Of a stretch of DNA of 39,978 nt, positions 6,532 to 15,114 are shown one piece after another; the stretch's first letter is position 1, and each line of letters starts with the position of its first letter. The stretch is from the NCBI GenBank assembly GCA_044866725.1, contig JBIOUD010000150.1:1-39978 (forward strand), given 5' to 3'. Source of the DNA: Candidatus Limnocylindria bacterium. GTDB taxonomy: Bacteria > Chloroflexota > Limnocylindria > P2-11E. Below the pieces are notes generated by a model. The model was not told where the DNA came from. It saw only the letters and a list, made by a program, of their open reading frames with translations, and did not search any database. The position numbers were made by a program, and so were the translations under genes.

Positions 6532-6965
6532 CAGCGCAGCGCGATGACGAAGAGCGCCTGACCGTATTCGACCGGTGCGCCGGTGGTCACGAGGACCTCG
6601 CGGATCTCCCCGTCGGCCGGCGCCTTGACCTCAGAGATGTGTCCGAGCGTCTGGATGCCGCCGAGCACCTCGCCGCGCGTCACCGCGTCGCCCGGGCTCC
6701 ACGCGCGCGGCCCGTTGAAGATGCCGACAGTGCCGGCGTGCACGCGCTGGGTCTTTGGCGCTGACGCCTCCGCTTCAGCGGACGGCGTCCGCCGCGGAGA
6801 CACCGCCACGGCGGCTTCCCCGCCCTGCGGCGTGCGCACGACACCGCTGCGGCGCGACACCGTCACGGCGAACCCATCCGCCTGGACCTCGATGGTCGAC
6901 GCGGGCGAATCCGAGAGCAGCTTCATGAGGTCGTCGAGCAGCCCGAGGACGTGGTCGTCGCTCAC
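6531..6965 (-). CDS. Biotin-carboxyl-carrier-protein-like protein (biotinyl/lipoyl fold) lacking the biotinylated lysine
   Basis: The C-terminal AGTVGIFNGPRAWSPGDAVTRGEVLGGIQTLGHISEVKAPADGEIREVLVTTGAPVEYGQALFVI aligns without gaps to the AccB hairpin, with TLGH in place of AMKM. I chose GTG 6965 as the start because it forms a GTGA overlap with the accA stop. The track start 7001 would overlap accA by 40 nt. Confidence 0.75.
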   Translation of the reverse strand: MSDDHVLGLLDDLMKLLSDSPASTIEVQADGFAVTVSRRSGVVRTPQGGEAAVAVSPRRTPSAEAEASAPKTQRVHAGTVGIFNGPRAWSPGDAVTRGEVLGGIQTLGHISEVKAPADGEIREVLVTTGAPVEYGQALFVIALR

Positions 6966-7939
6966 CGGTCCAAGCCTGCCATGCGGCGCAGTCTGCGCCA
7001 CCAGGGGACCGGTGGCGGCGGCGCGACCGGCCCGCCGAGCTCGGTCAGGGTGCCGAAGCCGCGGAAGCGCTCGTACCTGGCGGAGAGGAGCTCGGTGACC
7101 GAGACGCGCTCGAACTTCGCAAGCTGCGCGACGAGCGCGGTCTTGATGGCCGACGCGGTCGCGTCGTGGTCGGTATGCGCGCCGCCGGCCGGCTCGGGGA
7201 TGAGCGCGTCGACGACACCGAGATCGAGGAGGTCGGGTCCGGCGAGACGCGCGGCCTTCGCGGCGCGCTCGGCTTCGGCCGGACTGCGCCCGAGGATCGA
7301 GGCGGACCCTTCAGGCGAGATCACCGAGTAGATCGCGTTCTGCATCGCGAGCACGACGTCGCCGATCGCGAGCGCGAGCGCGCCGCCCGATCCGCCTTCT
7401 CCGAGGATCACGACGACGATCGGCGTGCGTAGGCGAGTCATCGTGAAGATCGCCTTCGCGATCGCCTGGGCCTGCCCGCGTTCCTCGCCCTCGGGTCCGG
7501 GATACGCCCCAGGCGTGTCCACGAGCGTGATGAGTGGCAGGTGGAACTTCTCGGCGAGCTTGTACAGGCGGATCGCCTTGCGGTAGCCCTCGGGGTGCGG
7601 CATCCCGAAGTTGCGGTGGATGTTCTCCTCGGTCGATGCGCCCTTCTGCTCGCCCACGACGACGACCGGCCGTCCATCCAGCTCGGCGATCCCGCCCACG
7701 ATCGCCGGGTCGTCGCGGAAGCCGCGGTCGCCATGGATCTCCTGGAACCGGTCGAACACGCGAGTGATGACATCCAGCGCGTGCGGCCGCTTGATGTTCC
7801 GCGCCGCCTGCACCGCGTCCCACGCCGACGCGCGCGACGCGAGCTGCTGCGACGAGGTGATGAGGTTCGCGTCCTCGGGGATGTGCCCGTTCGAACCCGG
7901 AGTCGCGCGCGCGCCGACGATGCGGTCGAGCATGCCCAA
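6962..7939 (-). CDS. accA: Acetyl-CoA carboxylase carboxyltransferase alpha subunit
   Basis: Motifs seen: GMPHPEGYRKA, LITLVDTPGAYPG and ILGEGGSGGALA. The start is TTG 7939 (adjacent to the accD stop) or ATG 7933. Confidence 0.9.
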   Translation of the reverse strand: MGMLDRIVGARATPGSNGHIPEDANLITSSQQLASRASAWDAVQAARNIKRPHALDVITRVFDRFQEIHGDRGFRDDPAIVGGIAELDGRPVVVVGEQKGASTEENIHRNFGMPHPEGYRKAIRLYKLAEKFHLPLITLVDTPGAYPGPEGEERGQAQAIAKAIFTMTRLRTPIVVVILGEGGSGGALALAIGDVVLAMQNAIYSVISPEGSASILGRSPAEAERAAKAARLAGPDLLDLGVVDALIPEPAGGAHTDHDATASAIKTALVAQLAKFERVSVTELLSARYERFRGFGTLTELGGPVAPPPPVPWWRRLRRMAGLDR

Positions 7940-8791
7940 CTAGAGGCTCCAGCGCATGTCTTGCGACGCGGCGCGGAATGCGGTGAGGAAGAACGCGACG
8001 CGGTCGCGCAGCTGCGTGCGCGGCACGATCTGGTCGAGGAAGCCCTTCTCGAGCAGGAATTCGCTCTTCCCGAATCCCACCGGCAGCTTCTCGCCGACGG
8101 TGCCGCTGGTCACGCGCTCGCCCGAGAAGCGGATGAGCGCGCCAGGCTCCGCGAGGTTCAGGTCACCGAGCGACGCGTACGACGCGAGGACGCCTCCGGT
8201 CGTGGGGTCGGTGATGATGCTGACGTACGGGAGGCCGGCGTCGTCGAGGCGCGCGAGCGCCGAGACGATCTTCCCCATCTGCATGAGCGCAAGCGTGCCT
8301 TCCTGCATACGCGCGCCGCCCGACGCGGAGACGACCACGAGCGCACGTCGCTCGGCGAGCGCGCGCTCCGCGGCGCGGGTGATCTTCTCGCCGACGACGC
8401 TGCCCATCGAGCCGCCCATGAACTCGAAGTCCATGACCACGAGCTCTACCGGATTGCCGCCGATCGTGGCGCTCCCGGCGATGGCCGCGTCCTTCTCGCC
8501 GCTCTTCGCCTGCGCCGCGGCGATGCGCTCGGGGTACGGCTTGCTGTCGACGAAACCGAGCGGATCACCTGAGGAGAGCGCGCCGTCCTGCTCGCTGAAC
8601 GAGCCCTTATCGACGAGCAGCTCGATGCGCTCGCGCGCGCCCATCCGGAAGTGGTGCCCGCACTTCGAACAGACGCTCTGGTTCCGCACGAGCTGCTTGT
8701 TGAACAGCATCTCGTCGCAGGACGGGCACTTCGTCCAGAGGTGATCCGGGAATTCCTTCGGCTTGCGGCCGAAGGGCATGCGGAGCCTCAT
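7940..8791 (-). CDS. accD: Acetyl-CoA carboxylase carboxyltransferase beta subunit
   Basis: It has the N-terminal zinc ribbon CPSCDEMLF...CSKCGHH, then MGGSMGSVVGEK and SGGARMQEG. The start forms an ATGA overlap with the degV-like stop. An alternative ATG is at 8779. Confidence 0.9.
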   Translation of the reverse strand: MRLRMPFGRKPKEFPDHLWTKCPSCDEMLFNKQLVRNQSVCSKCGHHFRMGARERIELLVDKGSFSEQDGALSSGDPLGFVDSKPYPERIAAAQAKSGEKDAAIAGSATIGGNPVELVVMDFEFMGGSMGSVVGEKITRAAERALAERRALVVVSASGGARMQEGTLALMQMGKIVSALARLDDAGLPYVSIITDPTTGGVLASYASLGDLNLAEPGALIRFSGERVTSGTVGEKLPVGFGKSEFLLEKGFLDQIVPRTQLRDRVAFFLTAFRAASQDMRWSL

Positions 8792-9666
8792 CGCGGAGGT
8801 TCTCCGGCGTCACCGATTGGTTCTTGGTACCAGCAGAGGCCGATCACGCCCGGGCCCGCGCGCGCGCCGATGACCGGGCCGGCTTCTGCCGTCCAGTGTT
8901 CGAGGCAGTGGTACTTCTCCTGGACCCAGTCGGCGACGTCGCGCGCGCGCTCGGGCTCGTTCGTGTGGAGCGTGCACGCTCGGATACGCGATCCCGCGGG
9001 CACACGCTCGAGCACGATCTCTTTCATGCGAGCGACCGCCTTGTCGCGCGTGCGGATGCGTTCGATGGGATGGACCTTGCCGTCGGCGACGTCGAGGATC
9101 GGCTTCACCTGCAGCATCGAGCCGAACAGCGCCTGCGCGCCGGACACGCGGCCCGAACGCTTCAGGTACTCGAGCGTGTCGGCGACCGCGAGCAGCGGGA
9201 CCTTCCCGGCCATCTTCTTCGCGAGCGCGACGCCGTCCTGGAACGACCCACCCCTGGCGCGGAGGCGTCCGACGGCCGTCGCGATGAGCGAGATGCCGCC
9301 GGCGAGCGATCGCGTGTCGACGACCTCGACCTCGGCGGTCGGGACCGCCTGCGCCGTCGTCGCCGCAACGGAATAGGTCCCGGAGAGCTCGGTCGCGATC
9401 GTGAGGACCAGGAGCTTGTTGATGCCCTCTTTGATGATCCGGTCGTACACGTCGCGGCATTCGCCCATCGACGGCTGCGACGTCCCGGTGAGGACGCCCG
9501 GTGCCGCGATCTTGCGATAGAACTCGTCCGCGGTGAGGTCGACGTTCGCGGTGAACGTCTCTTTCCCGATGTCCACGTGCAGCGGAAGCCAACGGATGTC
9601 GAACTCGCGCTCGATCTCCTTCGTGAGGCACGCGGTGCCGTCGACCACGATCGCGAACCTATCCAT
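8788..9666 (-). CDS. DegV-family fatty-acid-binding protein
   Basis: The sequence IVVDGTACLTKEI...TGTSQPSMGE...GPGVIGLCW has the typical DegV layout, including the TSQPS motif. Confidence 0.85.
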   Translation of the reverse strand: MDRFAIVVDGTACLTKEIEREFDIRWLPLHVDIGKETFTANVDLTADEFYRKIAAPGVLTGTSQPSMGECRDVYDRIIKEGINKLLVLTIATELSGTYSVAATTAQAVPTAEVEVVDTRSLAGGISLIATAVGRLRARGGSFQDGVALAKKMAGKVPLLAVADTLEYLKRSGRVSGAQALFGSMLQVKPILDVADGKVHPIERIRTRDKAVARMKEIVLERVPAGSRIRACTLHTNEPERARDVADWVQEKYHCLEHWTAEAGPVIGARAGPGVIGLCWYQEPIGDAGEPPR

Positions 9667-10437
9667 CTATGCCCTCCTCACTTCGCCGCTGACCACGCGC
9701 TCGACGCCGGTCGCGGTGTGCACGAGGAGCGCGCCCTCGTCGTCGATCGCCGTCGCGGTCCCAGAGAACGGCGCGCGTCCGTCGATGCCGACCGTGACCG
9801 GCCGCCCGAGGATCGACGAGCGCGCGGTCCACGCGTCGCGTGACGCCGCGAACGTGCGCGCGTCGGCGACACGGTCGAGCTCACGCGTCACACGGTCGAG
9901 GAGCGCGAGCCGATCGACAGCCACGCCGGCGATCGCGAGCGACGTCGCGAGGCTCTGGATCTCCGGCGCGAGGTCCTCACGCCGTTGGTGCACGTTGATG
10001 CCGATGCCGAGCACGAGCGATCCTCCCCTTCCGTCCGACGTCCCATGTGCCAGAACGCCGGCGAGCTTTTGACCGTCCAGCTCGACGTCGTTCGGCCATT
10101 TTAGGAGGGCACCCTCGCAGCCGAGCCCGTCGAGCGCGCGCGCCACCGCGAGGCCCGCGAGCGCCGCGAACATCGCGGGCGCCACCGGCGCCGGGCGGAA
10201 GATCCACGACGCGAGCAGGCTCGTGCCCGCGGGCGCGACCCACGCGCGTCCGCGTGTGCCCTGACCGGCATCCTGCGCGTCCGCGACGACGACGCCGGCC
10301 GTCGCGCCGCCGGTCACGAGCTCGCGCGCACGGGTCTGCGTCGATCCGATGCGCTCGTGGTACTCGATGTCGCGGCCGAGCTCGCGCGCGATCGCTGAGC
10401 GCACCGCGGAACGAGCGAGGAGCGGGAGGCGGGGCAC
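9667..10437 (-). CDS. birA: Biotin-[acetyl-CoA-carboxylase] ligase (group I, no HTH domain)
   Basis: Motifs seen: GQGTRGRAW, KWPNDV and GIGINV. GTG start at 10437. The stop is immediately adjacent to the degV-like ATG. Confidence 0.85.
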   Translation of the reverse strand: MPRLPLLARSAVRSAIARELGRDIEYHERIGSTQTRARELVTGGATAGVVVADAQDAGQGTRGRAWVAPAGTSLLASWIFRPAPVAPAMFAALAGLAVARALDGLGCEGALLKWPNDVELDGQKLAGVLAHGTSDGRGGSLVLGIGINVHQRREDLAPEIQSLATSLAIAGVAVDRLALLDRVTRELDRVADARTFAASRDAWTARSSILGRPVTVGIDGRAPFSGTATAIDDEGALLVHTATGVERVVSGEVRRA

Positions 10438-10456
10438 GACTCAGCTGCCCACGGTC

Positions 10457-11344
10457 CTATGAATTGGTCACCTGCGCGCCGGCCGCGCGAGCCCGGAGCA
10501 CGCGCGCGCGGCCGCCGACACCGTGCTGCTCGGCCGTCTCCTCCATCGCGGAGACGACCCGCGGCGCGAGACGCACGGGCGCGATCGCGAGCACGCTCGG
10601 TCCGGCGCCGGAGAGCGCTGCACCGAACGCGCCCGCCCCGCGCGCCGCCGCGATGATCTCGCCGAGCGCCGGCACAAGGCGCGTGCGTGCGGGCTGATGG
10701 AGACGGTCGTTCATCGCGAGCGAGAGGAGCGTGCCGTCCGAGCGCAGCACCGCGGCGACAAGTGCGGCGGCGTGCGAGAGATTGAAGATCGCGTCGGCGC
10801 GGGACACGAGGTCGGGCAGTACACGGCGCGCGTCCTCAGTAGCGAGCGTGTTGTTTGGCACGAAGACGCAGAGCCTCCACATGCGCGGGAAGGCGATGCG
10901 CGTGGCGACGGGACCGCCCTCGTCGGGAAGCGCGAGCGTGAACGCGCCATAGAGCGCCGCGGCGACGTTGTCGGCGTGCCCCTCGACCTCGGTCGCGACA
11001 CGCAGCAGTGACCGGCGATCGAACGGCTCGCCGAGGAGCGCGTTCGCGGCGACCGCGCCGCCGACGATCGCCGCCGCGCTCGAGCCGAGACCGCGCGCGA
11101 TCGGGATCGTCGAGCGCTGCTCGACGTGTTGCGCGGCGATGTTCTGTCCGGCGGCCTTGCCGACCGCGCGCGCCGCGACCACGAAGAGGTTGTCCTCCCC
11201 AACCGGCAATCCGTCTCGGTCACCGCGGAAGCTCCATGTGCGAGCCGGGTGCATCTCGAACTCCGCGAGCAGCGGAAGCGCGACGGCGAACGAGTCGAAC
11301 CCTGGCCCGAGGTTCGCGCTGGACGCGGGGACGCGGATCCTCAC
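10457..11344 (-). CDS. thrB: Homoserine kinase
   Basis: The N-terminus is VRIRVPASSANLGPGFD and the GHMP motif is PIARGLGSSAAA. I trimmed the 562-aa track ORF to GTG 11344, which overlaps the thrC stop as GTGA. Confidence 0.85.
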   Translation of the reverse strand: MRIRVPASSANLGPGFDSFAVALPLLAEFEMHPARTWSFRGDRDGLPVGEDNLFVVAARAVGKAAGQNIAAQHVEQRSTIPIARGLGSSAAAIVGGAVAANALLGEPFDRRSLLRVATEVEGHADNVAAALYGAFTLALPDEGGPVATRIAFPRMWRLCVFVPNNTLATEDARRVLPDLVSRADAIFNLSHAAALVAAVLRSDGTLLSLAMNDRLHQPARTRLVPALGEIIAAARGAGAFGAALSGAGPSVLAIAPVRLAPRVVSAMEETAEQHGVGGRARVLRARAAGAQVTNS

Positions 11345-12390
11345 GCCATGGCGAGCGCGTCGCGGACGGCGGCGGCGGTCGCGTCGACCTCGATCTTCGG
11401 GGCGGACATCCCGACGTTCTCCTGATCTTTCAGGCCGTTGCCGGTGAGGACGCACACGACACGGCGCAGTCCCTTCGTCGCGCGCGCGCTCTTGCGCAGT
11501 CCGGCGAGCGATGCCGCGCTGGCGGGTTCGCAGAAGATGCCCTCCCGGCTGGCCACGTCGCGATATGCGGTCGCGATCTCGGCATCGCTCACCGCTTCGA
11601 TCGCCCCGCCCGACTCGTCTCTCGCGGCGACAGCGCTCTGCCACGACGCGGGGTCGCCGATACGGATCGCGGTCGCGAACGTGTGCGGGTCGTCGACCTT
11701 GTGGCCGCGCACGATCGGCGCAGCCCCCTCCGCCTGAAAGCCGTACATCTTCGGCCGCGAGCGCGCCATGCCCTTCGCCGCCGCCTCGACGAAGCCGCGC
11801 CAGTACGCGGTGATGTTCCCGGCGTTCCCGACCGGGATGAAGAGCCCATCCGGCGCGTCCCCGAGGGCCTCGCAGATCTCGAACGCCGCCGTTTTCTGAC
11901 CCTCGATGCGGTGCGGGTTCACGCTGTTCACGAGCGTGATCTCGCCGGACGCGCCGAGCTCGCGCACGACCGCGAGCGCCGCGTCGAACGCGCCCCGCAC
12001 CTGCACGATGCGCGCGCCGAAGGCCATCGCCTGCACGAGCTTTCCCTGCGCGACTTGCCCCGCGGGCAGCACGACCGTGCACGGGAGGCCCGCACGCGCC
12101 GCGTACGCCGCGGCGGACGCTGCGGTGTTCCCGGTGGACGCGCACAGCACCGCGCGCGAGCCCTCCTCCAGAGCCTTGGCAACGGCGACGACCATGCCGC
12201 GGTCCTTGAACGAGCCGGTCGGGTTCGCGCCCTCGACCTTGAGCCAGACCTCGTCGATGCCGAGCTCGCGCTCGAACGAACGCGCGCGGAGCAGGGGTGT
12301 GTCGCCCTCACCGAGCGTGATGCGTGGAGTGCGTTCCGTCACCGGAAGGTGCGCGGAATAACGCTCGATGAGCGACGTCTTTTTGGGCAC
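11341..12390 (-). CDS. thrC: Threonine synthase
   Basis: Motifs seen: GANPTGSFKDRG (PLP lysine), ASTGNTAAS and PVGNAGN. I preferred GTG 12390 (VPKKTSLIERY) over ATG 12438 because the latter overlaps the divergent transporter gene. Confidence 0.88.
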   Translation of the reverse strand: MPKKTSLIERYSAHLPVTERTPRITLGEGDTPLLRARSFERELGIDEVWLKVEGANPTGSFKDRGMVVAVAKALEEGSRAVLCASTGNTAASAAAYAARAGLPCTVVLPAGQVAQGKLVQAMAFGARIVQVRGAFDAALAVVRELGASGEITLVNSVNPHRIEGQKTAAFEICEALGDAPDGLFIPVGNAGNITAYWRGFVEAAAKGMARSRPKMYGFQAEGAAPIVRGHKVDDPHTFATAIRIGDPASWQSAVAARDESGGAIEAVSDAEIATAYRDVASREGIFCEPASAASLAGLRKSARATKGLRRVVCVLTGNGLKDQENVGMSAPKIEVDATAAAVRDALAMA

Positions 12391-12415
12391 GCGGGCATGG
12401 TACGCGGGTCCTAGG

Positions 12416-13528
12416 ATGGTCTCGCGAATGCGGCTCACTGAAGGCGACCATCGGATCCTGCGCGTCGTCGCCGTACTCCTCGCGATCTACCTCGCGATCC
12501 AGGTGTTCGCGCTGTTCTGGCAGACGATCGGCGCTATCGCGGACGTTCTGCTCATCTTCGTCGTCGCGTGGGCGATCGCATACCTGCTCGCGCCCCTCGT
12601 CGAGCGCATCGACATGCGCACACCGCTGGACCGCACGCTCTCGGTCGCGCTCGTGTACGTCGGCCTGGCCGTCGTGCTCGTCGTGCTGACGTCGATCGTC
12701 GTCGCGCCGCTGTCGCAGCAGCTCACCGACTTCGCGGCGCGCGCGCCTGAGTACGGCGATCGTGCCGCGCAGGCCGTGCTCGACGTGCAGACGACGCTGC
12801 AGAACATCGGCATGCGCGTCGACCTCGCCGAGCTGTACGGCACGCTGCCGCAGCGCATCGGCGAGATCGCCGGCGCCTATGCCACCGACATCCTCGGGGT
12901 CGTCTCGGCGACGGCCGGCGCGTTCTTCAACCTCACGCTCGTCCTCATCATCGCGTTCATCATGCTCATCGACGGCGACGCCCTGTGGCGGCGCTTCGTC
13001 CTGCGCCTGCCGCCGCAGCGCCGCCGCGAGGCCGAGCTCCTGCGCGAGAGCGCGGACCGCTCGTTCGGTGGGTTCATCCGCGGGTCGCTCCTGCTCGGCG
13101 TGATCTACGGCGTCGCGACGCTGGTGTACCTCACGATCTTCGGCGTCCCGTTCTCAGGCGTGCTCGCGATCGTGTCCGGGCTCACGGTCATCATCCCGTT
13201 CTTCGGCCCGATCATCGCGATGATCCCGGTGCTCGGTGTCACGGCCGTCGCCGCGGGCGATCGCCTGCTCTGGGTCTTCATCGCGACGATCGTCCTGCAG
13301 CAGATCGCGCTCAACGTCATCAGCCCGCGGATCATGTCCAAGAGCATCGGCATCCACCCGATCTTCGTGTTCTTCTCGCTGCTCCTCGGCGCGAAGGTCG
13401 CGGGGTTCTGGGGCGTCGTCCTCGCCATGCCGATCGCCGGGATCCTCAACGCGCTCATCGAGTACGCGTACACGGTGGGTACGGGCCGCGCGGCAGTGGA
13501 CGAGGAGCGCCTCGTCGAGGCGTCGTGA
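12416..13528 (+). CDS. AI-2E family (PerM/UPF0118) transporter
   Basis: Polytopic membrane protein with GFIRGSLLLGVIYG...IIPFFGPII...ISPRIMSKSIGIHP. The start is ATG 12416 or 12428. Track start 12368 would overlap thrC. Confidence 0.8.
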   Translation: MVSRMRLTEGDHRILRVVAVLLAIYLAIQVFALFWQTIGAIADVLLIFVVAWAIAYLLAPLVERIDMRTPLDRTLSVALVYVGLAVVLVVLTSIVVAPLSQQLTDFAARAPEYGDRAAQAVLDVQTTLQNIGMRVDLAELYGTLPQRIGEIAGAYATDILGVVSATAGAFFNLTLVLIIAFIMLIDGDALWRRFVLRLPPQRRREAELLRESADRSFGGFIRGSLLLGVIYGVATLVYLTIFGVPFSGVLAIVSGLTVIIPFFGPIIAMIPVLGVTAVAAGDRLLWVFIATIVLQQIALNVISPRIMSKSIGIHPIFVFFSLLLGAKVAGFWGVVLAMPIAGILNALIEYAYTVGTGRAAVDEERLVEAS

Positions 13529-13558
13529 GTAGCCGATCTCGATGAGTGGCGCACCCTA

Positions 13559-14353
13559 GTGCCACACATCCTCATCACGAACGACGACGGGATCGACGCC
13601 GACGCGCTCCCGCCGCTGGCTGAGGCGCTCTCGAAGGTCGGCTCCGTCGACCTCATCGTCCCCGAGCGCAACTGGAGCGGCGCGTCGCACTCCATCACGC
13701 TCTTCCGACCGGTCCGAGCGAGGCCGACGAAACTGCGCAACGGGCAGGCGGCGTACATGACCGACGGCTCGCCGACGGACTGCGTGCGCCTCGCGGCGCT
13801 CGGCTTCCTGCGCCACAAGCCGGACCTCATCGTGAGCGGCATCAACCGCGGCGCGAACATGGGCGACGACATCACCTACTCCGGCACGGTCGCCGCGGCG
13901 ATGGAGGGACTCCTCTCGAGCATCCCGTCCGTCGCGATCTCGATCGGCGCGTACGGCGGCGACATCGACTACGGACCCGCAGCGTCGTTCGCGGCGCTCC
14001 TCGCGGCGAACATCCTGGAGCACGGCCTCGCGAAGGACGCGCTCCTGAATGTCAACGTGCCGCCGCTGCCGCGCGAGCGGATCGCGGGCGTCGAGGTCAC
14101 GCGGCTGGGCAAGCGCACCTACCGCGATCGGCTCATCGAGCGGCTCGATCCGTTCGGCGATCCGTACTACTGGCTCAGCGGACCCGCGGTGACCGGCGAG
14201 GCCGAGCCGGGCACGGACGTCTATGCCGTCGCGAACGGACGCATCAGCGTCACGCCGATCATGCTCGACATGACCGACCACCGGCTCCGCGACGAGCTCG
14301 CGTCGTGGGACTGGGGCTGGTCCGCGCCGGTCGAGGTGAACGCGGCCGACTAG
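13559..14353 (+). CDS. surE: 5'/3'-nucleotidase SurE
   Basis: Motifs seen: ILITNDDGI, SGINRGANMG and YSGTVAAAMEG. GTG start. Confidence 0.9.
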   Translation: MPHILITNDDGIDADALPPLAEALSKVGSVDLIVPERNWSGASHSITLFRPVRARPTKLRNGQAAYMTDGSPTDCVRLAALGFLRHKPDLIVSGINRGANMGDDITYSGTVAAAMEGLLSSIPSVAISIGAYGGDIDYGPAASFAALLAANILEHGLAKDALLNVNVPPLPRERIAGVEVTRLGKRTYRDRLIERLDPFGDPYYWLSGPAVTGEAEPGTDVYAVANGRISVTPIMLDMTDHRLRDELASWDWGWSAPVEVNAAD

Positions 14354-15114
14354 CCCGGATACACGACCGGTCGCCCGTCCTCGAGCCGCACCTGCCAGCC
14401 ATCGCCGAACACGCTCGCGACACGTGACGTCGTGAGCACGTCCGCGGGAGCGCCGTCGGCGACGATGCGACCGTCAGCGAGGGCGATGACCCGATCGGCC
14501 AGCGCCGCGAGGTTGAGGTCGTGCACGATCGCGAGCACCGCGAGCCCGCGCTCGCGTGCCAGGCGACGCACGAGCCCGACCGTCGCGAGCTGGTGCGCCG
14601 GATCGAGATGCACCGTGGGCTCGTCCAGGAGCAGGACCGGCGTCTCCTGCGCGAGCGCCATCGCGAGGACGGCGCGCTGACGCTCGCCTCCGCTGATCTC
14701 GTCGACGCGGCGCTCGGCGAGCGCGACGAGCTCGAGTGCCTCGAGCGCGCGCATCACCGCGGCGACGTCGTCGCCCGAGCCGCGGCCGAGCGCGTCGAGG
14801 CGCGCGGTGCGGCCGAGCGCGACGATCTCGCGCACCGTGAACGGGAAGAGCGTCTCGAGCTCCTGCGGCACGACGGCGACGCGGCGTGCGATCTCGGCGC
14901 GCGCGAGCGACGCGAGCCCGTCGCTGCCGACACGCACCTCGCCGCTGCGCGGCCGAAGGAGTCCGGCGAGGACGCGGAGGAGCGTCGTCTTCCCCGCCCC
15001 GTTCGGTCCGACGACGGACACGACCGCACCTGGTTCCAGCGCGAGCGTGCAGTCATTCAACACATCGCGCGATCCGTAGCCCGCGGTCACCGCCGTCATG
15101 GCGAGCGCGCTCAT
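14350..15114 (-). CDS. ABC transporter ATP-binding protein (FecE/BtuD-type)
   Basis: Walker A is GPNGAGKTT, the signature is ISGGERQR and Walker B is VLLLDEPT. The start forms an ATGA overlap with the permease stop. Confidence 0.88.
   Translation of the reverse strand: MSALAMTAVTAGYGSRDVLNDCTLALEPGAVVSVVGPNGAGKTTLLRVLAGLLRPRSGEVRVGSDGLASLARAEIARRVAVVPQELETLFPFTVREIVALGRTARLDALGRGSGDDVAAVMRALEALELVALAERRVDEISGGERQRAVLAMALAQETPVLLLDEPTVHLDPAHQLATVGLVRRLARERGLAVLAIVHDLNLAALADRVIALADGRIVADGAPADVLTTSRVASVFGDGWQVRLEDGRPVVYPG

Noticed and set aside
7889-7900. tRNA T-arm-like string gttcgaacccgg
   Set aside because: It lies inside the accA coding frame. I could find no flanking acceptor or anticodon stems to build a cloverleaf.
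10457-12145. 562-aa reading of the thrB frame, and the similar over-long track ORFs 19536..21506, 28564..31089, 30552..31670, 31388..32734 and 2575..5910
   Set aside because: The upstream parts overlap the preceding, confidently identified genes in another frame and are Arg/Gly/Pro-rich. Each has an internal start forming a 1-4-nt overlap with the upstream stop, followed by the family-typical N-terminus.
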